Virus record (IMG/VR): IMGVR_UViG_3300046615_000261
Location: 32,001-96,000 of that record
DNA length: 64,000 nt
DNA from: a virus
Lineage: Duplodnaviria > Caudoviricetes
Reading direction: 5' to 3' (one strand)
This document shows, piece by piece, positions 29,834 through 39,030 of the stretch (positions are counted from its first letter, which is position 1; each line of letters begins with the position of its first letter). The notes below the pieces were generated by a model. That model ran no database searches, was not told where the DNA came from, and saw only the letters and a list, made by a program, of their open reading frames with translations. A program made the translations under genes and the position numbers.

Positions 29834-31129
29834 CTACTTCCGAACGTACTTGAAGATTGCGTGCCTTCCGTTCTTCTCGACCTCGCCAGACTTGTAGTCG
29901 TCACCCAGAATCTGATCGGCGATCCGCTTGTAGATTCGAGCACGTGAGTTCTTCGTGTCAAGCTTCGCCAGAAAGCTGATGATCTTTGGCTTGCGCTCAC
30001 GAACGAATTGTTCGAACGCCTTCTTGACCATCGCACCGACTTCGAACTCATTCCCAGATCCGGTCTTGCTGGTTGTTTCCCAAGTACCGTTGTCTTCGAC
30101 GAACTCAACGTCCCACTCAGAGAGCGAGTAATCCAGAGCTGCGGCCTTGAAAATGATTGAGCGATCGCCAATCTTAGCTCTCGCTCGGAAAACGTTCTCT
30201 GCGTCTGTGACGACTTTGAAATCAACCGCAGTATCAAGAGCCTCGTTCATCTTCCGAACGTACCTGTACACATGGTGCGTGCTAACTTCCTCTTTTTGTT
30301 CAGTGTACTTGTCGCCAAGGACTCGCTTCGCCATCCGCTGGTAGATCTTTGTGCGAGCGTTCTTCTGATCGAGCTTCGCTGAGAACTCAACCGCTTCTGG
30401 CTTACGGGTCTGAATGAACTCGGTGAATGCTTTCTTGATCAGCGAACCGACTTCAAGCTCCCCACCTGAACCAGTCGCTTCAGTGCTCCACTCACCGTCT
30501 TCCGTGACTTCATAGAAGTCCGTGTTCCAGAGCTGTGGCTTTGCTGCAGGCATCTCGCATTCAGCGGCAAAGATCACACGGCGACCGCCGATCTCGGCTT
30601 CAACAACGAACAGATAAGGCTTGTCAGTCGTGACCTTGTAGTTCACCTCAGTGTCGAGCAGTTCAGCGATCTTCTTTGGCTTGTCCTTCGTGACCGTGAA
30701 TACGACAGCATCATCCGGCACCCATCCACCAGAGTCGCTATTGCCGTTATCGTCGTTCATGATCGAGTACGTGTACCCTGGTGGCGTGAATCGCTTCACC
30801 ATCCGCGTGTAAGTAGCAACACGGCCTCGATCAGAGTGCTTCGCTGTGAACTCAATGTACTTCACGTTCCGCGACTTCACGAACGCCAGGGCAATCTCTT
30901 TGATCGTGCCCATCACTTCGAATTCACCACCAGAGCCGGTCATCTTTGTAGTCGCGCCCTTCTTTCCCTGCTCAATGAAATCAGCGTTCCAGTAGCCAAC
31001 TGTGCCACCTTCACCTGCTGAAAATCTAATGTCACGACCATTGCTGGAGAACACGGCCTCGAACTCGTCTGTCTCGTCAACAGTGATTTCGTAATTCTGA
31101 GTCTTGTTGAATAGTTCAAGCAGCTTCAT
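29834..31129 (-). CDS. Triple-repeat GNAT-like protein, MKLLELF leader
   Basis: Three copies of W..DF..TGSG(G/N)E.EV...F.A...R..Y.R; linkers KKIAELLD and RKMNEALD. Confidence 0.7.
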   Translation of the reverse strand: MKLLELFNKTQNYEITVDETDEFEAVFSSNGRDIRFSAGEGGTVGYWNADFIEQGKKGATTKMTGSGGEFEVMGTIKEIALAFVKSRNVKYIEFTAKHSDRGRVATYTRMVKRFTPPGYTYSIMNDDNGNSDSGGWVPDDAVVFTVTKDKPKKIAELLDTEVNYKVTTDKPYLFVVEAEIGGRRVIFAAECEMPAAKPQLWNTDFYEVTEDGEWSTEATGSGGELEVGSLIKKAFTEFIQTRKPEAVEFSAKLDQKNARTKIYQRMAKRVLGDKYTEQKEEVSTHHVYRYVRKMNEALDTAVDFKVVTDAENVFRARAKIGDRSIIFKAAALDYSLSEWDVEFVEDNGTWETTSKTGSGNEFEVGAMVKKAFEQFVRERKPKIISFLAKLDTKNSRARIYKRIADQILGDDYKSGEVEKNGRHAIFKYVRK

Positions 31130-31611
31130 ACTTCAAGGCCCTTCTTCACGAATGCAAAGTCAGTTGAGAAAACGTAATCGCCGCCGTTCGCATATTTCTT
31201 AGGACCTTCGAAAGCGTCGTACTCAGTGAATAGTTTCTTAGCAAGCTTGCGGTACACTGAGGCACGATTGTCTTTCTTGTTCTCGTCCTTATCAGCCGCG
31301 AATCTGACCACATCTGGGTCGTATTTCTCAAGGAACTTCTTGGTCATGCTAGCGACAAAAGAAAGAACCTGCATCTCGCCGCCCTTGCCTGTCTTGTCGT
31401 AATACCGGTCATGCTCATCTTCTTCAGAGAATGTGAGAACCCAGTACGGACCGCCTGGGCCGATCTTGTGATGATTGTACAAACCTAACTTGTATTCAGC
31501 AAGGAAATGGAATGCGCGATCATCGATGATAGCTCTGGCTTCAAAGGTCCTTGAATTATTTTCAAGGATTTCGTACTCGACCGAGCGGTCCATCAATTCA
31601 TTCAGTTTCAT
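31126..31611 (-). CDS. GNAT-like paralogue, MKLNELM leader
   Basis: KTGKGGEMQVLSF...RFAAD...NRASVYRKL. Confidence 0.7.
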   Translation of the reverse strand: MKLNELMDRSVEYEILENNSRTFEARAIIDDRAFHFLAEYKLGLYNHHKIGPGGPYWVLTFSEEDEHDRYYDKTGKGGEMQVLSFVASMTKKFLEKYDPDVVRFAADKDENKKDNRASVYRKLAKKLFTEYDAFEGPKKYANGGDYVFSTDFAFVKKGLEV

Positions 31612-32080
31612 TTTTCTTCAGATAGTGTCGGATTTCTGAATTGCTGTACCCGAGAAGTTTGCCAACCTTCGCGTCTGGATGATCCGCCGCGGTGCTGTTC
31701 TGATAGATCTTCGCGAGTTGCCGGCCACGCCATTCCTCTCCAGGCAGCGTAATAAAGTATGTAGAGGTCACGCCGTTCTCAGTAGCGTCTCCCCACTCCT
31801 TGTCGACCTTCTTGACCAGAACAAGCTTACCAGACTGAACGTGCTTCTCGAACGCCGCGTACTCATCATTGTCGAGCACAGCCGCTGGCTTCAAACCACG
31901 GAGCATCAAGTTCAGGTGCTTACCTTCGTGCGGGCCGATCTTGCTGTTATCTGGATCGGCTTTTCGCTTGGTCTCCAGCCAGTCAATGAATTCTGGAGAT
32001 GCATCATCGTCGTACGGAACATCGGTGATCTTGTGCACATCGTGACCAAACTTCGCTTCGAACAGTTCAATTAGCTTCAC
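31598..32080 (-). CDS. Unknown-domain protein, MKLIELFEA leader
   Basis: Leader shared with neighbours but different body (LRGLKPAA, GKLLGY). Confidence 0.7.
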   Translation of the reverse strand: MKLIELFEAKFGHDVHKITDVPYDDDASPEFIDWLETKRKADPDNSKIGPHEGKHLNLMLRGLKPAAVLDNDEYAAFEKHVQSGKLVLVKKVDKEWGDATENGVTSTYFITLPGEEWRGRQLAKIYQNSTAADHPDAKVGKLLGYSNSEIRHYLKKNETE

Positions 32081-32604
32081 AGATCTTTCCTAACCATGTA
32101 CAGAAGTTCGTCCTTCTGATCGTGCTCTTGGCGGCTCTTCATCAATGAAGCGACCTCTGGTGATTTCTTCGCCAGATGCACGCCATCCTCGTACTCACTG
32201 GTGCGAGAGAACTTCTTGATCAGCGATTTGTAGAATGATGTTCGGCTGCTTTCAGTCTTACGTGAGCTGAACGAGATAACAGCTGGACGTTCCTTGGCAG
32301 CGAACTCCTCCATGACCTTGATGACTGTCGAGAAGATCTTCAGCGCGTCGCCACCGTTCGTGATTGCGTACGCTGTTTCACCCGTCTCTTTGTCGACCCG
32401 AGAGAACATCACCTCAGCCACAGAGAACGAGTCGTCGCTCATGTAATCTTGTTCGTCTTCGTCCTCGAGCTTAACGTACGTCATCGCGAACTCTACGTGA
32501 ATCTGGTCACCATCCTCGATCGTGAATCTGGTTTCAGCGCCTTGGCTTCCCCAATAATCAAGCTCGAACTCGTAGCATGAGTTCAGGAGTTCATTCAGCT
32601 TCAT
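32077..32604 (-). CDS. GNAT-like paralogue, MKLNELL leader
   Basis: Start corrected to ATG 32604; TNGGDALKIF...SFSS...SRTSFYKSL. Confidence 0.7.
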   Translation of the reverse strand: MKLNELLNSCYEFELDYWGSQGAETRFTIEDGDQIHVEFAMTYVKLEDEDEQDYMSDDSFSVAEVMFSRVDKETGETAYAITNGGDALKIFSTVIKVMEEFAAKERPAVISFSSRKTESSRTSFYKSLIKKFSRTSEYEDGVHLAKKSPEVASLMKSRQEHDQKDELLYMVRKDL

Positions 32605-33076
32605 TTGAGTCCTTCTTCGTGTACGTGAAGTACGAGTACTCACCATCACTGCTCATGTTCACGGACAACGCGTAATCTTTGAACAGCCGTGTACCAAGCT
32701 TCTTGTACAAGTCGGCACGATTATCTTTGCTTCCTTCTTTTTCTGCACCGAAGCGGATCATGTCTGGATTGAACTTCGCGAGAGTTTTCTTGATCATAGA
32801 CGAGATGAACGAAAGAACCTGCATTTCACCACCGTTTCCGGTCTTGTCATACACACGACGCGGGTAAATCTCGCCATCAGCTCGCGTTGACATCCTCAGT
32901 TCACTGAACTCAATGTACACGTACGGATGGCCACCGCTTTCTTCACCAGCGCTATGGACAGCTGCAGAGAACAGGATCTCTCGATTCTCGATCACGGCCT
33001 TCACCATGAATGTTTTATCGGTGTCGCGTTCAATCGTGTACTTGATCTCACGGTCCATCAATTCTTGAAGCTTCAT
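32591..33076 (-). CDS. GNAT-like paralogue, MKLQELM leader
   Basis: KTGNGGEMQVLSF...RFGAEK...NRADLYKKL. Confidence 0.7.
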   Translation of the reverse strand: MKLQELMDREIKYTIERDTDKTFMVKAVIENREILFSAAVHSAGEESGGHPYVYIEFSELRMSTRADGEIYPRRVYDKTGNGGEMQVLSFISSMIKKTLAKFNPDMIRFGAEKEGSKDNRADLYKKLGTRLFKDYALSVNMSSDGEYSYFTYTKKDSNEAE

Positions 33077-36000
33077 CAGCGCACCTGACGGATGATCGTT
33101 GGGGTCAGAGCTTCGACGATTTCGATGTCAGTCAACTGAGCAGCTGATTGCAGGATTTCATCGAAGCCGCACTCGACCGTGAACATGTCACCGAACGAGT
33201 TCGTGCTGTACAACGGAACGAGAACAACCGAAGCGATCTCAGATGGCAGACGCTGGTGCATCAGAGCGATCAGCTCAGTCACATAGAACGTTTCACCGAA
33301 ATCCCAGTTCGAGATGTCGAAGTACGTGTTCATCGTGTTCAGCAGCTCTTCCTTGATGCGCTCGTTCGTGAGTGTCGCACCTGGAGCACGGACAACCTTG
33401 AACTTCGCGCGGAACTGAGGCTCAGCCAAAGAACCGAACAGCAGACGGAGCTTGCCAGGGTGGAGCACGATCGTGTCAGAGAGCATCTTGTTCTTCAACA
33501 GGTACCCATATGCCGAGCGCAGATCCAGTGGAGTTGGAGCAACTGGAGCTGAAGTCGTCAGACCACGGAGGAAGCTGATCACCGAGTCGTAGTAGCCCTG
33601 TGTCAGGACGTACGCATCATGAATGTTCGTGACCGAAGGATCGATGATGTTCGTGCTTGGTGCAAAGTGCTGCCACATGAAGTCCAGACCGGAGTCAGCT
33701 TGAGCTGCTTCGATCGAAGGCATGCGTTGACGACGGCCGAAGACCATGTCAACATCAACGAACGCCCCAGGCAGGTACGTTGCGTTCTTCGCGTCAGCGT
33801 ACTTCAGCGCATCATCGATTGGATCGAGGAGCGCTGTAGGAATTGCGAGCTCGAAGTACTCGTACGAGTCGTTCGAGAACGTTTCGTACTGGAGCAGACG
33901 GTCAGGAACCAAGTCACCAGACGAGTCTTCTTGAAGCAAATCAGTTGGAACAACTTGAAGCTTGTGGAAGTCAATAAGGCCTTCACCGCTCTTCACAGCG
34001 CCAACAACGTCGTACACTTGGCTCTTGCCGAGTGGAGCACCAGTGCTGTCCAGATTTGAGCGCAAGATCTTGATGTTATCAAATACGCGCTTCTTCGTGT
34101 CTTGGTCAAGGATCTGATCGACCTCATTGAACCAGAACTTCGTGGAAGGCGATTGGATCGTGAGCTTCAGATCGCGGTGATGGACTTCGTAGCCGATCAC
34201 GTTGTTCGTTGGTTGTTGACGAATCTTACGAACGAACACGAGCCAGCTGTGTTGCTTCATGGCAACGCTGTCGTCCATCGTGAACAGCAGTTCGTCACCG
34301 TTGATAACTTGACCGCCAGAGTAATGTGGAAGCTGCGAGTAGCCGAGGATTTCCCACCAACCGTTCAGATTGATCGCACCTGGAGTAGACGACACACCAT
34401 TGTTCCGGTAAGCGCCGCCATGCGAGGATGTCGAGCGTCCAACTGGCGCGCCAGAGACACCAGTGTCGAGAACGAATGCGTCACCTGGTTCGAACAGAAT
34501 CGAGCTCTGCGTAATCAGGAAGAACGGCACTGGAGTCTGATAACCAGTTGGAGTGATGTCGTACGTCGTACCGACCGAGCCCGTTGGGAACGTGCCGCGC
34601 AGATTCGAACGAACATTCAGCGTCTGACCGTCAGCAGCAACTTCAATCGTCCAGACTTCACCTTGCACAGCGCCCTGTGGGCGGTTCAAGATCGTGATTG
34701 TACCCGAACCGATACCCGTCACATAACGATTGTACCGAAGCGCGAAGTAATCCTGCTCAGCGATTGGCTGCAGACCGGAACCGATGTCGCCTGGTGGGAA
34801 CTTGTTCACGCCGTCGATCGTGCGTGGCACAGCCGCAGCGTAGATACGCGAGTCGTCCTTCGGGAACAGATCTGGATCAGGGATGCGAGCGTAAATCTGC
34901 GAGTTCTGACCTTCAACGTACTCGAGTGGTTCACCGTACCAGTGACGGTCAATCAGACCCTGCATCGCTGTCTTTTCTTTCAGCGAGCCGTCAGCAGTGG
35001 AACCATCAAGAAGCTTCACATAGCCGCCAGTAGGCGCCTTGTAAAGACCAGCACGATTGTCCTCAATGAACGAGCGACGTGGCGAGGACACAACACCTTG
35101 CGTTGCAGGATCCGTAGCCGAGATGTGCAGCATTGCGTTGATCACGCCATTCGACTCGAGCAGAGGCTCGATCACGGAGTCAATCAGCGCTTGGCCAGAC
35201 AGGGACGTCGTCAAAGAGTTCAGACCCAGTTCGTACCGCATCACGAGGTCATCACCGAAGATGTTCACGTTCTCGTACGAGCCGGAAGCGTCGTTCCAGT
35301 CGATGTACTTTGGCTGACCAGCGAACGTGCGATTAACCGCCTTCAGGCGAAGGATCGAAGGATCCTTGAGCATGAATGTGTTCGCATCTTGACCGTTCAC
35401 AATACGGTTCTGAGCGTAGTACGTGCTTGGAGCGGACTGACGAACGTGCTCGATCGATTCCGATGCAGCACCGTTCTGGAGAGTGGTTGTCAGGCTGAAC
35501 GTGACCGAGCAGGACTGGGTGTTCCCAGTGTTCGACACGTACGTGAACGTCATTGGCTCGTTCACGATCTTGTTCTTCTGGATCACGATCGCGCGGTTAG
35601 CGGACGAGCGCATCCAGAAGCGGAACAGACCTTGCGGAGCGTTCACGAAGTCGCCGTCGCCGAACACGATCGCAATTTGATCGTTCTCCATCGTGTCGAC
35701 TTCGTACTTCGAGCGTGTAGAACGATCATCGTTGAAGATCAGGTTCTGCTCGTTCACGGTCGAAACTTGCTTCCAGCGTTCCGAGATGTTCTGCTGTTCG
35801 TCGAGCTTCTGAACCCAGACGTCAGTGTGATTCACGTTGTTCGGCAGGAACTCAACGCGACGATTTGGGAGCTTGTCGGCCAGGGTGTAGTCAATGCGAG
35901 CAAGCATACCCTGCTTCACGTACATCAGGAAGCCGGTGTAGTCAGAGCCGTCGCCAATACCGTCGTTCGCGTACAGCAGCGACAGAGGAGCGGACATGTC

Positions 36001-36675
36001 TGGCTCGCGTTCCAGTGGACCATTCTCATCGACGTCAGCAGGAACAACTTCCATTGGGTAGCTGTCAAGGCCGGTCGAAGCGGTGAATGCGTGCACACCG
36101 TTCGTGAACGACGAGGACTCAGCGTTCAGCGCGTACAGATCCATTACAACGTCACCGACTTGGTACGTCTTCTGTGGTTGGCCGAAACGAGTGCTCAGGA
36201 CGCGATTCGCGACGAGGAAGAATTGTTCCTTCCAGTTCGCGTTGTTCGGGTCATTCCAAACGATTGTCAGACCGGACAGGTCAACACCGCGGGAGTCGAT
36301 CACTCGTTCCGAAGTCTTGATCGAGGTCATCTTCACGAGGCCACGGACTGGGATGTTCCGAGTTGCCTTGTACGAAATGAGCTTCGCGAGACGCAGGATC
36401 GATTGCTTACGCTGCGCGGTCGTGATGAAGTTCTCATGGCTGACCATGTCGACACGGTACGCGAGCTGTTCAGCAACGTACGCGAACATCTCGAGCATGG
36501 CGATCAGTTCAGAGGACTGGATCAGGTCATTGAATACTTCTGCGTAATAGATCCGCAGATAGTCAACGAGCGATTGCTTGATCGTGTTCGCGTCGAACGA
36601 GGTGAAGTTCACCTGTGCGAAAGCTTCGTAGATCTTTTCCCAGCTCTCGGCTGAGTTTGTATTGCGAAATGCCAT
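33076..36675 (-). CDS. gp6: Baseplate wedge subunit, T4 gp6-like
   Basis: FTSFDANTIKQSL.DYL, ENFITTAQRKQSILRLAKLISY, GAASESIEHVR..AP..Y..QNR.V. Confidence 0.85.
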   Translation of the reverse strand: MAFRNTNSAESWEKIYEAFAQVNFTSFDANTIKQSLVDYLRIYYAEVFNDLIQSSELIAMLEMFAYVAEQLAYRVDMVSHENFITTAQRKQSILRLAKLISYKATRNIPVRGLVKMTSIKTSERVIDSRGVDLSGLTIVWNDPNNANWKEQFFLVANRVLSTRFGQPQKTYQVGDVVMDLYALNAESSSFTNGVHAFTASTGLDSYPMEVVPADVDENGPLEREPDMSAPLSLLYANDGIGDGSDYTGFLMYVKQGMLARIDYTLADKLPNRRVEFLPNNVNHTDVWVQKLDEQQNISERWKQVSTVNEQNLIFNDDRSTRSKYEVDTMENDQIAIVFGDGDFVNAPQGLFRFWMRSSANRAIVIQKNKIVNEPMTFTYVSNTGNTQSCSVTFSLTTTLQNGAASESIEHVRQSAPSTYYAQNRIVNGQDANTFMLKDPSILRLKAVNRTFAGQPKYIDWNDASGSYENVNIFGDDLVMRYELGLNSLTTSLSGQALIDSVIEPLLESNGVINAMLHISATDPATQGVVSSPRRSFIEDNRAGLYKAPTGGYVKLLDGSTADGSLKEKTAMQGLIDRHWYGEPLEYVEGQNSQIYARIPDPDLFPKDDSRIYAAAVPRTIDGVNKFPPGDIGSGLQPIAEQDYFALRYNRYVTGIGSGTITILNRPQGAVQGEVWTIEVAADGQTLNVRSNLRGTFPTGSVGTTYDITPTGYQTPVPFFLITQSSILFEPGDAFVLDTGVSGAPVGRSTSSHGGAYRNNGVSSTPGAINLNGWWEILGYSQLPHYSGGQVINGDELLFTMDDSVAMKQHSWLVFVRKIRQQPTNNVIGYEVHHRDLKLTIQSPSTKFWFNEVDQILDQDTKKRVFDNIKILRSNLDSTGAPLGKSQVYDVVGAVKSGEGLIDFHKLQVVPTDLLQEDSSGDLVPDRLLQYETFSNDSYEYFELAIPTALLDPIDDALKYADAKNATYLPGAFVDVDMVFGRRQRMPSIEAAQADSGLDFMWQHFAPSTNIIDPSVTNIHDAYVLTQGYYDSVISFLRGLTTSAPVAPTPLDLRSAYGYLLKNKMLSDTIVLHPGKLRLLFGSLAEPQFRAKFKVVRAPGATLTNERIKEELLNTMNTYFDISNWDFGETFYVTELIALMHQRLPSEIASVVLVPLYSTNSFGDMFTVECGFDEILQSAAQLTDIEIVEALTPTIIRQVR

Positions 36676-36699
36676 GGTTTGTCCGGAACTGAAGTAAGC

Positions 36700-36705
36700 T
36701 ATTTA
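36700..36705 (-). promoter_or_regulatory. Late promoter box TAAATA
   Basis: 24 nt before ATG 36675. Confidence 0.65.
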
Positions 36706-36750
36706 CGTTCTGCTCGGAATGGGTGAATGTAACAGTTTTCCTGGTTCGCG

Positions 36751-36773
36751 CAGGATGCTGTATAATTCACCAT
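36751..36773 (+). promoter_or_regulatory. Early island promoter (island 3)
   Basis: CAGGATGCTGTATAATTCACCAT with consensus TATAAT; 22/23 identical to 4312-4334. Confidence 0.7.
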
Positions 36774-36972
36774 GCACGCAAAACCTGATCTTGACGACTT
36801 CGTTTGGTACGGCCAGCTCGCCCACTGCGCCGGGATCAAGAACACCGAAGCAGACTACTCGGAAGAACGCGCGTCTGTTCACCGTGGGCAAACGGTCCAG
36901 ATGAACGCGCAGTTCGTGGAAGGCGTTATCGCCGACCCCCGGATGGATCTGGACCTGATTAAGGACTTCTGA
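36772..36972 (+). CDS. Hypothetical protein (island 3)
   Basis: ATG 5 nt after the -10 box, possibly leaderless; start uncertain. Confidence 0.55.
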   Translation: MHAKPDLDDFVWYGQLAHCAGIKNTEADYSEERASVHRGQTVQMNAQFVEGVIADPRMDLDLIKDF

Positions 36973-36974
36973 TC

Positions 36975-37217
36975 ATGAGCCGCTTCTTCCTGTTTAAGAT
37001 GAAGGACCTGGAAATCCCGCCGTTCTTCACGGTAGTGACCACCTCTGGTTGCCTGGAACCGCCGCCGATCGACGCGGATGGCGAGGTCGTTCAGGTCGAG
37101 TGCGACGAGAACTCCCTCGCGTTCTGGCTGCTCGGCATCGGCAAAGTCTGGATGTCCGAGAACCCGGAAGAAGGCTGGTACGCGGTCGAGCTCACCCCAA
37201 CCCCCATGGCGAACTAA
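36975..37217 (+). CDS. Hypothetical protein, tandem paralogue A
   Basis: MSRFFLFKMKDLEIPPFFTV... Confidence 0.75.
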   Translation: MSRFFLFKMKDLEIPPFFTVVTTSGCLEPPPIDADGEVVQVECDENSLAFWLLGIGKVWMSENPEEGWYAVELTPTPMAN

Positions 37218-37225
37218 GGATACCT

Positions 37226-37453
37226 ATGAGCCGCTTCTTCCTGTTCAAGACGAAGGACCTGGAGATCCCGCCGTTCTTCACGGTGCTCGATGGTACGCTC
37301 GATCTGGAACCGCCGATCGCCGCGAAGGGCGATATCGTTCACATCGAGTGTGACGAGAGCGCCCTTACGTTCTGGCTGCGCGGTATGCTCTGTAAAGGCA
37401 TCTGGATGGCCGAGAACACTGAAGATGGTTGGTACATCGAGTTGCCAAACTAG
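37226..37453 (+). CDS. Hypothetical protein, tandem paralogue B
   Basis: SD AAGGA, ATG 37226, MSRFFLFKTKDLEIPPFFTV... Confidence 0.75.
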   Translation: MSRFFLFKTKDLEIPPFFTVLDGTLDLEPPIAAKGDIVHIECDESALTFWLRGMLCKGIWMAENTEDGWYIELPN

Positions 37454-38154
37454 ACCAGTCCGAGCTCGCGCTTGAAGCGGAACTGCACGATCGCCCAGTA
37501 GTTCTGCAGGTCTTTGCTGACCTCGCCCTTGACCTTTTCCCATGCAGCTTCTGCATCGGCAAGGGTCTTCCCGGCTTTCTGAGCCGTGTTCGCGAGCATC
37601 TTCTTGTGCGGTGAAAGATCGCTCCGGAACTTGGCATCCTTCTGGACTGGGTAATCCTGCTCGCCGCTGATGTACGGATCCGAGCGCTTCATTGCGCCTT
37701 CGTCCACGGTCACGCGTCGATTCAGCTCGAACAGGATGTACTTCTCGGCACGACCCAGGCCTGTTTCGAACTCACGAACGAGGTATGCATCGGCGAATCG
37801 CTTGACCATTCGTCTGTACAACTTCACGCGCGACTCTTCGGACTTCTTAGCCGAGAATTCCATTCGCTTCGGATTGTGTTCCTTGATCAGTGAACGGAAG
37901 CAATTCAGAACGAACTGGAAAACCTCGACTTCATTGCCGCTTCCAGTAAGATCGGTCTTTACTTTCTGCTCACCATCGGCCCAGACATCATCAGTCAATT
38001 CAGAGAATAGAACTTCCCAAGTGATTCTGTCTTGGTGCGCGACAAATCGAATGACGCGATCGCCGATCTTCTTTTCAATCTCAAACATTCCATGATTGCG
38101 GTCACGAACGGTACCACCGTGATCAGCAGCTTTAAAAAGTTCATTCAGCTTCAT
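37450..38154 (-). CDS. GNAT-like paralogue with extra C-terminal helical domain, MKLNELF leader
   Basis: Start corrected to 38154; TGSGNEVEVF...SRVKLYRRM; then VDEG|AMKR and a second domain. Confidence 0.7.
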   Translation of the reverse strand: MKLNELFKAADHGGTVRDRNHGMFEIEKKIGDRVIRFVAHQDRITWEVLFSELTDDVWADGEQKVKTDLTGSGNEVEVFQFVLNCFRSLIKEHNPKRMEFSAKKSEESRVKLYRRMVKRFADAYLVREFETGLGRAEKYILFELNRRVTVDEGAMKRSDPYISGEQDYPVQKDAKFRSDLSPHKKMLANTAQKAGKTLADAEAAWEKVKGEVSKDLQNYWAIVQFRFKRELGLV

Positions 38155-38615
38155 TTGTCTTTCCTTGTCAGGAGGAATACCGTGGATTCGTACCCAACGC
38201 GGCCTTGCCATGCCTTTTCGACTTCCTGAGTGTCGAAATCATTTGCGAATCGCTTGATCATCCGTTTGTAAAGCTGAACACGTGATTGCTCGGTTTTAAA
38301 CGCACTAAATTCCATGGCCTTTGGATTGAACTTTTGAATGAACTCTCGCATGCACGCCATCACGAACGACATCACTTCAATTTCATTTCCACTACCAGTC
38401 AAGCCGTGATTTGATTTCTCGCCAGACTCGGTTTGCTCAGAGTCTTCGCTGAACGAGATCACGTATCTCACACCCAAATCTTTTTCAACGGTGAACGTGA
38501 TTTCACGGCCGCCAATCTGCTTCGTGACTTCAAAGACAGGGTCATATCCGTTCTTACGATCTACGGCAACTTTACCGCCGTGATCTTCTTTATCAAACAG
38601 CTCATTCAGCTTCAT
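38151..38615 (-). CDS. GNAT-like paralogue, MKLNELF leader
   Basis: TGSGNEIEVMSF...SRVQLYKRM. Confidence 0.7.
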   Translation of the reverse strand: MKLNELFDKEDHGGKVAVDRKNGYDPVFEVTKQIGGREITFTVEKDLGVRYVISFSEDSEQTESGEKSNHGLTGSGNEIEVMSFVMACMREFIQKFNPKAMEFSAFKTEQSRVQLYKRMIKRFANDFDTQEVEKAWQGRVGYESTVFLLTRKDK

Positions 38616-39028
38616 TTGTCTTTCCTTGTCAGCGCGAACAGGTCAAGGCCATGTTCACCATCATCTGGAGACAATTCGTAGTCGCCACCGAATCGCTTCA
38701 CCAAATGGTGGTACACCGTTGATCGCGACTTGTCGCTGAATTCCGACCCAAAGACAATTCGCTCTGGGTTTCGCCGCTTAATGAAGTCGCGCATGCACGC
38801 CACCACGAATGACATCACCTGGATTTCATTCCCGCTACCTGTCATATCGACAGATACCTTATCACCACGCCATTCAGCGAATGAAACTTCCCAATCGTCT
38901 CTGTCGCTACGGTCTGCAGAGAAGGAAATCAGTCGATCACCAATCATCTTCTTCACGTTGAAGTGGTGCTCTGAGTTCTCAACTTCGGCGCCGTGATCAG
39001 CAGATCCAAAAAGCTCATTCAGTTTCAT
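38612..39028 (-). CDS. GNAT-like paralogue, MKLNELF leader
   Basis: TGSGNEIQVMSF...SRSTVYHHL. Confidence 0.7.
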   Translation of the reverse strand: MKLNELFGSADHGAEVENSEHHFNVKKMIGDRLISFSADRSDRDDWEVSFAEWRGDKVSVDMTGSGNEIQVMSFVVACMRDFIKRRNPERIVFGSEFSDKSRSTVYHHLVKRFGGDYELSPDDGEHGLDLFALTRKDK

Positions 39029-39030
39029 GA

